The translations under genes were made by a program, and so were the position numbers. A stretch of DNA of 64,000 nucleotides, taken from the NCBI GenBank assembly GCA_030390025.1, contig JASTWF010000329.1:248001-312000 (forward strand), in the 5' to 3' direction. The notes under the pieces are model-generated. The model saw only the letters and a program-made list of their open reading frames with translations, searched no databases and was not told the origin of the DNA. Shown piece after piece: positions 1 to 11,904 of this stretch (position 1 is the stretch's first letter; each line of letters begins with the position of its first letter). The DNA is from Squalus acanthias. Its lineage: Eukaryota.

Positions 1-350
1 CAGTGCCCGCCCGTATCTGGAGCATGCGCAGTGTCACTGTGATCCGGGCCCTCCGAGTGCGACCAGCGGAATTAGGCGGGAGAAGCAGTTTTTGCGACGA
101 TTACGAATCAGGGGCCGCAGGGAGGTAACGCATCCGGCGGGTGAGCTTCATAAACACATGGTGTAGGCCGCAAGCCCCGAATGAGAACCTACGGGTTCCG
201 CGTTTGCAGCTCCGAGGCTTTTGTCCCCGGCAATAGGCCCAGGCTAAGGGCGGCCATCTTTGTAAAGGAAAGCAGCGTCTTTGTTCGCCGCCATCTTGGT
301 TCGTGTGGCCATCTTTGTAAAGGAACCAATAGTGGGCGGGGCTTCAGGGT
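1..350 (+). promoter_or_regulatory. CpG-island promoter and non-coding first exon of type A ZNF gene (copy A1)
   Basis: CpG-rich. GCATGCGC (NRF1-like) at 22-29, three GCCATCTT YY1-like motifs (~253, ~290, ~308), CCAAT at 326, GGGCGGGG at 334, donor-like GG|GTGAGC at 141. Homologous blocks lie upstream of other ZNF exons in the window. Confidence 0.7.
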
Positions 351-357
351 CCCAGGA

Positions 358-1078
358 GAACTGAACCCAGCCAGAGTCAGCACCTTCAGGGGAGGAGAGG
401 GAGGGGAACCAGTGAGTGTAGAACTGAACCCAGCCAGAGTCAGCACCTTCAGGGGAGGAGAGGGAGGGGAACCAGTGAGTGTAGAACTGAACCCAGCCAG
501 AGTCAGCACCTTCAGGGGAGGAGAGGGAGGGGAACCAGTGAGTGTAGAACTGAACCCAGCCAGAGTCAGCACCTTCAGGGGAGGAGCGAGAGGGGAACCA
601 GTGAGTGTAGAACTGAACCCAGTCAGAGTCAGCACCTTCAGGGGAGGAGAGGGAGGGGAACCAGTGAGTGTGGAACTGAACCCAGCCAGAGTCAGCACCT
701 TCAGGGGAGGAGAGGGAGGGGAACCAGTGAGTGAAACTGAACCGGAACTGAACCCAGCCAGAGTCAGCACCTTCAGGGGAGGAGAGGGAGGGGAACCAGT
801 GAGTGAAGAACTGAACCCAGCCAGAGTCAGCACCTTCAGGGGAGGAGAGGGAGGGGAACCAGTGAGTGTAGAACTGAACCCTGCCAGAGTCAGCACCTTC
901 AGGAGAGGAGAGGGAGGGGAACCATTGAGTGTAGAACTGAATCCATCCAGAGTCAGCACCTTCAGGGGAGGAGAGGGAGAGGAACCAGTGAGTGTAGAAC
1001 TGAACCCAGCCAGAGTCAGCACCTTCAGGGGAGGGGAGGGAGGGGAACCAGTGAGTGTAGAACTGAACCCAACCAGAG
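358..1078. repeat. 63-bp minisatellite, ~11 copies (GAACTGAACCCAGCCAGAGTCAGCACCTTCAGGGGAGGAGAGGGAGGGGAACCAGTGAGTGTA)
   Basis: Direct tandem repeats; explains ORFs 181..1437 and 189..1178. Confidence 0.97.
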
Positions 1079-1268
1079 TTGGTGGAGAAACTATCTTGAG
1101 ACGTGCGGTGTGTTTGTCACTCCTCCCTGTGCTAAAATCCAATGTGTGGGACAGGAATTTACAGCTTTGGAGGAACAAGAGAGGAAATAATGTTCAGAAA
1201 CTAGAATTGTCTGTTCTGAAATTCTGTCCTGTACTTACAGTGATGAGTTTAGTAAACTCCTTTCACAG

Positions 1269-2306
1269 GGTGTTAGAAGAGGAGGATTTGCAGAAGGGAA
1301 ACTCAAACCAAACATCACGTCAAGATCTGACGGAGTCACTCGATTCATCAGGACCTGAATATCATCGGCCTTTGAATGTGGAAGGAGAAATGTTTGTTTG
1401 TTCTGTCTGTGGGAAAAGATTTCAGACATCAGCGTGACTGGAAAAGCACCGAGACACACACAGCCGAGTGAGAGTGTTCCAGTGCACTGACAGTGGAAAG
1501 AGCTTTAACCAGTTACACAGTCTGAAAAAACATCGCACCATTCACAGTAGGGAGTAACCGTACACGTGTTCTGTGTGTGACGAGGTTTCAACTGATCATC
1601 CAACCTGGAGAGACACAAGGACACCCGCACCACGGAGAAACCGGGTAAATGTGGGGACTGTGGGAAGGGATTCAGTTCCCCGTCTGAGCTGGAAATTCAT
1701 TGGCGCAGTCACACCGGGGAGAGATCGTTCACCTGCTCTGAGTGTGGGAATGGATTCACTTTGTCATTCAGCCTGCTGACACACCAGCGAGTTCACACTG
1801 GGGAGAGGCTGTTCACTTGCACCATGTGTGGGAAGGGATTCACTTTGTCATCCAACCTGCTGACACACCAGCGATTTCACAGTGGGGAGAGACCGTTCAC
1901 CTGCTCCGTGTGTGGGAAAGGATTCACTCAGTCATCCCACCTTGTAACTCACCAGCGCGTTCACACTGGGGAGAGACCGTTCACCTGCTCTGTGTGTGGG
2001 AAGGGTTTCACTCATTCATTCTACCTGCTGACACACCAGCGAGTTCACACTGGGGAGAGGCCGTTCACCTGCTCTGTGTGTGGGAAGGGATTCACTTGTT
2101 CATCCCACCTTCTAACTCACCAGCGAGTTCACACCGGGGAGAGACCGTTCACCTGCTTTGAGTGTGGGAAGGGATTCATTCAGTCACAATGCCTGTTGAG
2201 AGACCAGCGAGTTCACACTGGGGAGAGGCCGTTCACCTGCTCCGAGTGTGGGAAGGGATTCACTCAGTCATCCACCCTGCTGAGACACCAGCGAGTTCAC
2301 AAGTGA
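1269..2306 (+). pseudogene. Type A C2H2 ZNF exon (A1): three decayed N-terminal fingers, then an open frame 1632-2306 with ~8 fingers (one degenerate); coding status uncertain
   Basis: Acceptor CTCCTTTCACAG|G at 1268/1269. TGA 1435, TAA 1555, a frameshift and TGA 1593, then [12 protein letters not shown]...HTGERPF repeats to HK-stop at 2306. Confidence 0.75.
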
Positions 2307-3611
2307 CTGCAGGGGTTGGATTCTGCCGTTTCATTCTGCTGTTAATCACATCCAGGACTGAATCATGTTCATTCTGACAGTTGGGGTTTGTTTCTGCTGA
2401 TGTTAATGACCCCTGTAACTGGGCTGGAGTTTAATATTTTCATATTTCAAATGACACAGTGTGTCAATATTTGATGTCTCCGAGATAAGAGGAGACTAAT
2501 TGATGTCCTGTTACCGACTGCTCCATTTTTGGGCCTTTTCTCCTTTCTAACTCGAGATTATTTCAGTTCTTGTACCTTCGGTTACTCTCATGGACAAGTC
2601 CCAGCTCCCCATACCTTCCAGAGTGCCTCTCCTAGCCTTGGTATCCAGGGAAGGTATTGGTAACACGCCCGGGATCACTAAACACAAAACCCAGTCTGTT
2701 AATCACTTTCAGCTACTGGACTTAGCGTGTGTCCCACAGCATCTCTCTCACCTTCAATGTGTGAATAGAGCATCACGCCTGCAAACCTGCTTTCAATTTC
2801 AATTTGAATCCACTCAGCAAGTGTATTTAAAAAATACCTACAAGTAAACAGATCACATCAAATAATTGGCAAAGGTTTAGAGTCAACAAGATGAACAAGT
2901 GAACACATCACGGCCAATACCCCAGCTCTATATTCACAGGAGAAAGTCTGTTATCTAACTCCTCGAGTGGACAGAATAGAGAAAGATCCCAACTCTAAGA
3001 ACATCTAGAATCTGTTGTAAATATCTTTCAAATCCTGACTGGTCCAATCTGTTGGTTTCCTTTCAATTGAAGTGAATGGAAGATGAGAGGGGTGTTGGCA
3101 TATGGACCTCGGTTAATTCAGCTTCTGAAAGGTGTTCATGTTTAGTTCATTCGATATCGGGGGAAATGTGGTTGGTATCATTAGAGAGAGAGAGAGATTT
3201 CACTGAGCAACAGCTGGTGTTTGCAACCAACTGGCCTTGGATATTTTCATCATAGAATGTTTCGATCAGAAATATGATGTTGAGATAAGAAAATTCTGGA
3301 GACTAGTGGTTTGTGCTGCCCCAGGAAGGCCACAGTGTTTTTACCTGCTTCTGACGTTGATGTGTGTTGAAGAAAATGCAGACTTGTGTCTCTGGACTGT
3401 GCAGTAGCCAGAGACGACCACATTAGGCAATGCCAGCTCCAGTTTGATAAGAGGTTGATGGCAGAGCAAGAGATCCAGCAGTTTTAAGAATTTATCTCCC
3501 GTTATCTGCAGACATCGAATGTCACAGCGTGCTGACAAAATTGGACTTAAGACTTTAACCTATTGGGTTCAATTATTGGGATCGATTGTTATAGAATTGA
3601 ATTGTTATAGA

Positions 3612-4223
3612 ATGGAAAAGTAGTGAAGTTATGCTAAACTTGTATCAAACCTTGGTTAGACCACACTTGGAGCACTGCGTACAATTCCGGTCACCATATT
3701 ATAAAAAGGATCTAGAGGCACTGGAGAGGGTGCAGAGAAGATTTACAAGGATGATACCAGAAATGAGAGGGTATACCTGTCAGGAAAGGATGGACAGGCT
3801 GGGTCTCTTTTCTCTTGAAAAAAGAAGGCTGAGGGGTGACCTAATAGAGGTCTTTAAAATGATGAAAGGTTTTGATAGAGTAGATACAGAGAGAGTGTTT
3901 CCACTTGTGGGGAAGAGCATAACTAGAGGCCATCAATATAAGATAGTCACGAAGAAATCCAATAGGGAATTCAGGAGAAACTTCTTTACCCAGAGAGTGG
4001 TGAGAATGTGGAACTCGCTACCACAGGGAGTGGTTGAAGCGAATAGTATAGATGCATTTAAGGGGAGGCTAGACAAGCATATGAGGGAGAAGGGAATAGA
4101 GGGTTATGCTGATAGTTAGATGGGGAAAGACGGGAGGAGGCTCGAGTGGAGCATAAACGCCGGCTTGGACTGGTTGGGCCGAAAGGCCTGTTTCTGTGCC
4201 TTATATCCTGTGTAATCCTGTGT
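3612..4223 (+). mobile_element. CR1 LINE 3' fragment (ORF2 C-terminus and 3' UTR)
   Basis: LYQTLVRPHLEHCVQF...RRNFFTQRVVRMWNSLP; 3' hairpin GGGCCGAAAGGCCT and (ATCCTGTGTA)2 tail. Confidence 0.93.
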
Positions 4224-4544
4224 AGTCACAGCAAACAGACAGTTTAACAGACTGCCCATGGTCCACTCTAACCCCCACCTTCTCTCTCTCTCACTATTCA
4301 TGGACACTGCTGCAGTAATTGCTCCTCTGACCCTTCCTCTCTTGTCCCTCCTACACCCCTAATACACGGCCCGACACAATCTCCCTCCCCCTACATCCTC
4401 ACTGTGCTGGAATTCACACCAGTCTCCCCATCTGCTCCTTGTTCTCTCCCTGGATCCGTAAACTACTGAACTCAGTCTTCCCTCCTGAAGTCTACAGGCT
4501 CGAAAACTGAAGCTTGGTGTCCCTCAGTCCCTACTCCTCCCCTT

Positions 4545-5200
4545 CTCTCCTCCTCTTTTCCCCGGGGTGTGTCCACACTCTGGGCCTTGGGCCTTGCCTG
4601 GGGATTCTCAGTATGAACAGGTGGGGTGTGTTTTGAGACAGGGTGTCCCCGCTCTCCTCCTCCCTCCCCCGGGTGTGTCCACACTCTGGGCCTTGGGCCT
4701 TGCCCGGGGATTCTCAGTATGAACAGGTGAGGTGTGTTTTGAGACAGGGTGCCCCTTCTCTCCTCTTTTCCCCTTGGTTGTGTTCCACACTCTGGGCCTT
4801 GGGCCTTGACCGGGGATTCTCAGTATGAACAGGTGGGGTGTGTTTTGAGACAGGGTGTCCCCGCTCTCCTCCTCTTTCCCCGGGGTGTGTCCACACTCTG
4901 GGCCTTGGGCCTTGCCCGGGGATTCTCAGTATGAACAGGTGGGGTGTGTTTTGAGACAGGGTGTCCCCGCTCTCCTCCTCTTTTCCCCGGGGTGTGTCCA
5001 CACTCTGGGCCTTGGGCCTTGCCCGGGGATTCTCAGTATGAACAGGTGGGGTGTGTTTTGAGACAGGGTGTCCCCGCTCTCCTCCTCTTTTCCCCGGGGT
5101 GTGTCCACACTCTGGGCCTTGGGCCTTGGGCCTTGCCCGGGGATTCTCAGTATGAACAGGTGGGGTGTGTTTTGAGACAGGGTGTCTCCGCTCTCCACCT
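4545..5200. repeat. ~106-107-bp tandem repeat, ~6 copies
   Basis: Unit CCCCGGGGTGTGTCCACACTCTGGGCCTTGGGCCTTGCCCGGGGATTCTCAGTATGAACAGG...; same array at 42725-43805. Confidence 0.95.
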
Positions 5201-5307
5201 TTAAAGGGACAAGGAGACGACCAGCTGGGCTGAATGGCCCTGCTTTATGACATCACTGCAGTGCCTAGCAACCAATCTCCCTGAGCCCTGCTCATTATGG
5301 GCTGGTA

Positions 5308-6072
5308 GTGTTTGATGGGACAGTGTAGAGGGAGCTTTACTCTGTATCTAACCCGTGCTGTACCTGCCCTGGGAGTGTTTGATGGGACAGTGTAGAGGGA
5401 GCTTTACTCGGTATCTAACCCGTGCTGTACCTGCCCTGGGAGTGTTTGATGGGACAGTGTAGAGGGAGCTTTACTCTGTATCTAACCTGTGCTGTACCTG
5501 CCCTGGGAGTGTTTGATGGGACAGTGCAGGGGGAGCTTTACTCTGTATCTAACCCGTGCTGTACCTGCCCTGGGAGAGTTTGATGGGACAGTGTAGAGGG
5601 AGCTTTACTCTGTATCTAACCCGTGCTGTACCTGCCCTGAGAGTGTTTGATGGGACAGTGTAGAGGGAGCTTTACTCTGTATCTAACCTGTGCTGTACCT
5701 GCCCTGGGAGTGTTTGATGGGACAGTGCAGGGGGAGCTTTACTCTGTATCTAACCCGTGCTGTACCTGCCCTGGGAGAGTTTGATGGGACAGTGTAGAGG
5801 GAGCTTTACTCTGTATCTAACCCGTGCTGTACCTGCCCTGAGAGTGTTTGATGGGACAGTGTAGAGGGAGCTTTACTCGGTATCTAACCCGTGCTGTACC
5901 TGCCCTGGGAGTGGTAGATGGGACAGTGTAGAGGGAGCTTTACTCTGTATTTAACCTGTGCTGTGCCTGCCCTGGGAGTGTTTGATGGGACAGTGTGGAG
6001 GGAGCTTTACTCTGTATCTAACCTATGCTGTACCTATCCGAGGAGTGTTTGATGGGAAAGTGTGGAGGGGCC
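5308..6072. repeat. 67-bp tandem repeat, ~11 copies (GTGTTTGATGGGACAGTGTAGAGGGAGCTTTACTCTGTATCTAACCCGTGCTGTACCTGCCCTGGGA)
   Basis: Direct repeats with period 67; isolated monomers at ~17188-17229 (-) and ~44080-44137 (+). Confidence 0.95.
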
Positions 6073-6371
6073 TTTATTAACCTCACGTTAGGTCCAGGTA
6101 CAGTTACATTTTTACCATCACTTGCACCAAGTATCACCCACTGGAGGTTTATATCAGGAGCTTCTGTGTGATGGTGAGGTGATCACTGGACAATAAAGTG
6201 CAGAGACTGGTGGGTGGCTGCTCATTATCCTCGGTGTGATTTAATCCCCTTTCCCACTGAATACTGCGGACAGACAGGATCACCTTGGGAACGGAATGGT
6301 CATTGTGACATCACTTTCTAAACAAGAGCCCACAAGACAATGGGTTCTCAATAAATGTTAAAGGGATTCAA

Positions 6372-8054
6372 AGGCAAATGGTATGTTGGCCTTCATGGCG
6401 AGATGATTCGAGTACAGGAGCAAGGATGTTTTGCTGCAGTTGTACAGGGCCTTGGTGAGACCACACCTTGAGTATTGTGTGCCGTTTTGGTCGCCTTATC
6501 TGAGGAAGGATGTTCTTGGCATGGAGGGAGTGCAGCGAAGATTCACCAGACTGATACCTGGGATGGCAGGAATGACGTATGAGGAGAGATTGGGTCGATT
6601 GGGCTTGTATTCACTGGAGTTTAGAAGAATGAGAGGGGATCTCATTGAAACTTATAAAATTCTAACAGGACTAGACAGACTAGATGCAGGAAGAATGTTC
6701 CCGATGGCCGGCGAGTCCAGAACCAGGGCTAACAGTCCAAGGATAAGGGGTATGCCATTTAGGACTGATATGAGGAGGAATTTCTTCACCCAGAGAGTGG
6801 TGAACCTGTTGAATTCTCTACCACAGAAGGCAGTTGAGGCCAATTCATTAAATATATTCAAGAAGGAGTTAGATATATTTCTTAAGGCTAAAGGGATCAA
6901 GGGATATGGGGAGAAAGCAGGGACAGGGTACTGAATTTGGATGATCAGCCATGAAACATAGAAGATAGGAGCAGGAGTAGGCCATTCGGCCCCTCCAGCC
7001 TGCTCCGCCATTCAATGCGATCATGGCTGATCATCCAAACTCAGTACCCTGTCCCTGCTTTCTCCCCATATCCCTTGATCCCTTTGGCCTTAAGAAATAT
7101 ATCCAACTCCTTCTTGAATATATTTAATGAATTGGCCTCTACTGCCTTCTGTGGTAGAGAATGCCACAGGTTCACCACTCTCTGGGTGAAGAAATTCCTC
7201 CTCATTTCTGTCCTAAATGGCTTACCCCTTATCCTTCAACTGTGACCCCTGGTTCTGGACTCCCTGACCATCGGGAACATCCTTCCTGCATCTAGTCTGT
7301 CCAGTCCTGTCAGAATTTTATAAGTTTCAATGAGATCCCCTCTCATTCTTCTAAACTCCAGCGAGTATAAGCCCAATCGACCCAATCTCTCTTCACACGT
7401 CATTCCTGCCATCCCAGGTATCAGTCTGGTGAATCTTCGCTGCACTCCCTCCATGGCAAGAACATCCTTCCTCAGATAAGGCGACCAAAACTGCACACAA
7501 TACTCAAGGAGCGGTCTCACCAAGGCCCTGCACAACTGCAGCAAGACATCCTTGCTCCTGTACTCGAATCCTCTCGCTATGAAGGCAAACATAACATTTG
7601 CCTTCTTTACCGCCTGCTGCACCTGCATGCTTACCTTCAGCGACTGGTGCACAAGGACACCCAGGTTTCGTTACACATCCCCTTCTCCCAATCTATTGCC
7701 ATTCAGATAATAATCTGCCTGTCTGTTTTTGACACCAAAGTGGATAACCTCGCATTTATCCATGTTATATTGCATCTGCTATGCTTCTGCCCAATCACCC
7801 AACCTGTCCAAATCATCCTGGAGTTTCTCGGCATCCTCCTCACAGCACACACGCCCACCCAGCTTTGTGTTGTCTGCAAACTTGGAGATATTACATCTAG
7901 TTCCCTTGTCTAGATCATTAATACATATTGTGAATAGCTGGGGTCCAAGGACCGATCCCTGCGGTACCCCACTTGAACTCATTAAATGGCGGAGCAGGCT
8001 CGAGGGAGCGAATGGCCTATTCCTGCTCCTATCTTCTATGTTGCTATGTTTCAA
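6372..8054 (+). mobile_element. CR1 LINE 3' fragment interrupted in its 3' UTR by a second, antisense CR1
   Basis: ORF 6431..6934 is CR1 ORF2 C-terminus. The 3' UTR breaks at GATCAGCCATGA (~6954) and resumes at ~7974, ending CTATCTTCTATGTTGCTATGTT. TTCAA flanks both ends; empty site at ~27655-27670. Confidence 0.88.
6953..7973 (-). mobile_element. CR1 LINE 3' fragment (RT C-terminal part), nested in the previous element
   Basis: [21 protein letters not shown]...[25 protein letters not shown]; same subfamily as its host element. Confidence 0.92.
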
Positions 8055-8761
8055 CGCTCTGAAGTTACACTGTGAATAAAGGAAATAAAGTGCTGATCAA
8101 TAATGGCTGAAGATAATGATTTCTCTCTGTGGAATGTGCTTGCACACATTAAGAATGATGAGCTTTGTACACACACACACAGCAAACACTTTGTGAGGCT
8201 CTTTTCAGTTGTTGCTCTGAATCCGCTGAGAGCTGGTGCACCCGGTGGGCATTAGGACCCTGCGGCCGCCCATCCGGCGGTGCTGTGAGGTCACGGTTCC
8301 AGGCTCTGTCTCACCCAATTAGTGGGTCCCGCCAAAGCTCAATAGAAAATACTGCAGCAAAAACAATCCTGAACATTCACAAACTGGGAGCAATCGGCAC
8401 AGCACAACACAAGTGTGAATTAGTAAACTTTAACACACAGAGTCTGTCACTAATTAGTACAAAGTGCAGGGCACTATTGCTCACCTTCAGTCCTGTCCCT
8501 CAATCCCAGCTCATCTCTGGGGGATTGTTGCAAGGTTCACCCCGTCCTTTCAACACAGATATTACCCACATAATCCCACATCAATTAGACATTGCACACA
8601 GCTTCTGACAGTTATTAACAAGACCAGACCGATGCTTCAAAGCAAAAAATGATTGCATCCTTCCACCCACTCAAATATATATCTTTATTTATATTAATTA
8701 ATTTCTGTCTGTCTGTCTTTGTGTGTGTGGGAGTGAGTGCAGTAATAACTCAGACATAGTC

Positions 8762-11700
8762 TAGTAAACAGAGACAGGGTCTAGTGTAATATAAACAGAG
8801 ACAGGGTCTAGTGTAATATAAACAGAGACAGGGTCCAGTGTAATATAAACAGAGACAGGGTCCAGTGTAATATAAACAGAGACAGGGTCTAGTGTAATAT
8901 AAACAGAGACAGGGTCGAGTGTAATATAAACAGAGACAGGGCCTAGTGTAATATAAACAGAGACCGGGCCTCGTGTAATACAAACAGAGACAGGGTCTAG
9001 TGTAATATAAACAGAGACCGGGTCTAGTGTAATATAAACAGAGACAGGGTCTAATGTATATAAACAGAGACAGGGTCTAATGTAATATAAACAGAGACAG
9101 GGTCTAGTGTAATATGAACAGAGACAGGGTCTAGTGTAATATAAACAGAGACCGGGTCTAGTGTAATATAAACAGAGACAGGGTCTAGTGTAATATATAC
9201 AGAGCCCGGGTCTAGTGTAATATAAACAGAGACAGGATCTAGTGTAATATAAACAGAGACAGGGTCTAGTGTAATATAAACAGAGACAGGGTCTAGTGTA
9301 ATATAAACAGAGACAGGGTCGAGTGTAATATAAACAGAGATAGGGTCTAGTGTAATATAAACAGAGACAGGGTCTAGTGTAATATAAACAGAGACAGGGC
9401 CTAGTGTAATATAAACAGAGACCGGGCCTCGTGTAATACAAACAGAGACAGGGTCTAGTGTAATATAAACAGAGACCGGGTCTAGTGTAATATAAACAGA
9501 GACAGGGTCTAATGTATATAAACAGAGACAGGGTCTAGTGTAATATAAACAGAGACAGGGTCTAGTGTAATATAAACAGAGACAGGGTCGAGTGTAATAT
9601 AAACAGAGATAGGGTCTAGTGTAATATAAACAGAGACAGGGTCTAGTGTAATATAAACAGAGACAGGGCCTAGTGTAATATAAACAGAGACAGGGCCTAG
9701 TGTAATATAAACAGAGACAGGGTCTAGTGTAATATAAACAGAGACCGGGTCTAGTGTGATATAAACAGAGACAGGGTCTAATGTATATAAACAGAGACAG
9801 GGTCTAGTGTAATATAAACAGAGACAGGGTCTAGTGTAATATAAACAGAGACAGGGCCCAGTGTAATATAAACAGAGACAGGGCCTAGTGTAATACAAAC
9901 AGAGACAGGGTCTAGTGTAATATAAACAGAGACAGGGCCTAGTGTAATATAAACAGAGACTGGGTCTAGTGTAATATAAACAGAGACAGGGTCTAGTGTA
10001 ATATAAACAGAGACAGGGCCTAGTGTAATATAAACAGAGACAGGGTCTAATGTATATAAACAGAGACAGGATCTAGTGTAATATAAACAGAGACAGGGTC
10101 TAGTGTAATATAAACAGAGACAGGGTCTAATGTATATAAACAGAGACAGGGTCTAGTGTAATATAAACAGAGACAGGGTCTAGTGTAATATAAACAGAGA
10201 CAAGGCCTAGTGTAATATAAACAGAGACAGGGTCTAATGTATATAAACAGAGACAGGGTCTAGTGTAATATAAACAGAGACAGGGTCTAGTGTAATATAA
10301 ACAGAGACAGGGTCGAGTGTAATATAAACAGAGATAGGGTCTAGTGTAATATAAACAGAGACAGGGTCTAGTGTAATATAAACAGAGACAGGGTCTAGTG
10401 TAATATAAACAGAGACAGGGCCTAGTGTAATATAAACAGAGACAGGGTCTAGTGTAATATAAACAGAGACAGGGTCTAGTGTGATATAAACAGAGACAGG
10501 GTCTAATGTATATAAACAGAGACAGGGTCTAGTGTAATATAAACAGAGACAGGGTCTAGTGTAATATAAACAGAGACAGGGCCCAGTGTAATATAAACAG
10601 AGACAGGGCCTAGTGTAATACAAACAGAGACAGGGTCTAGTGTAATATAAACAGAGACAGGGCCTAGTGTAATATAAACAGAGACTGGGTCTAGTGTAAT
10701 ATAAACAGAGACAGGGTCTAGTGTAATATAAACAGAGACAGGGCCTAGTGTAATATAAACAGAGACAGGGTCTAATGTATATAAACAGAGACAGGATCTA
10801 GTGTAATATAAACAGAGACAGGGTCTAGTGTAATATAAACAGAGACAGGGTCTAATGTATATAAACAGAGACAGGGTCTAGTGTAATATAAACAGAGACA
10901 GGGTCTAGTGTAATATAAACAGAGACAAGGCCTAGTGTAATATAAACAGAGACTGGGTCTAATGTATATAAACAGAGACAGGGTCTAGTGTAATATAAAC
11001 AGAGACAGGGTCTAGTGTAATATAAACAGAGACAGGGTCTAGTGTAATATAAACACAGACGGGGTCTAGTGTAATATAAACAGAGACAGGGTCTAGTGTA
11101 ATATAAACAGAGACAGGGTCTAGTGTAATATAAACAGAGACAGGGTCTAGTGTAATATAAACAGAGACAGGGTCCAGTGTAATATAAACAGAGACAGGGT
11201 CTCGTGTAATATAAACAGAGACAGGGTCTAGTGTAATATAAACAGAGACAGGGTCTAGTGTAATATAAACAGAGACGGGGTCTAGTGCAATATAAACAGA
11301 GACAGGGTCTCGTGTAATATAAACAGAGACAGGGTCTAGTGTAATATAAACAGAGACAGGGTCTAGTGTAATATAAACAGAGACAGGGTCTAGTGTAATA
11401 TAAACAGAGACAGGGTCTAGTGTAATATAAACAGAGACAGGGTCTAGTGTAATATAAACAGAGACAGGGTCTAATGTAATATAAACAGAGACAGGGTCTA
11501 GTGTAATATAAACAGAGACAGGGTCTAGTGTAATATAAACAGAGACAGGGTCTAGTGTAATATAAACAGAGACAGGGTCTAGTGTAATATAAACAGAGAC
11601 AGGGTCTAGTGTAATATAAACAGAGACAGGGTCTAGTGTAATATAAACAGAGACAGGGTCTAGTGTAATATAAACAGAGACAGGGTCTAGTGTAATATAA

Positions 11701-11854
11701 ACAGAGACAGGGTCTAGTGTAATATAAACAGAGACAGGGTCTAGTGTAATATAAACAGAGACAGGGTCTAGTGTAATATAAACAGAGACAGGGTCTAGTG
11801 TAATATAAACAGAGACAGGGTCTAGTGTAATATAAACAGAGACAGGGCCTAGTG
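8762..11854. repeat. 27-bp minisatellite, ~115 copies (TAAACAGAGACAGGGTCTAGTGTAATA)
   Basis: Long direct array; source of the YYTRPCLCL pseudo-ORFs. Confidence 0.99.
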
Positions 11855-11904
11855 CCAGGATATCGGGTCAGGCCCACCTTGTAAAATGAGTTTGACTCCC
11901 CTGC

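Noticed and set aside
181..1437. 418-aa ORF with 21-aa repeats (also 189..1178, 58335..58997, 58774..59382)
   Set aside because: Produced by the 63-bp minisatellite, open on both strands, crosses a clear splice acceptor, and not preserved as one frame in A2
1742..2377. MWEGIHSV... and GRDSL... ORFs overlapping ZNF exons
   Set aside because: Alternate-frame shadows of repeated finger codons
2590..2847. 85-aa ORF conserved at 40769..41026
   Set aside because: No recognisable domain; conservation is explained by the recent segmental duplication
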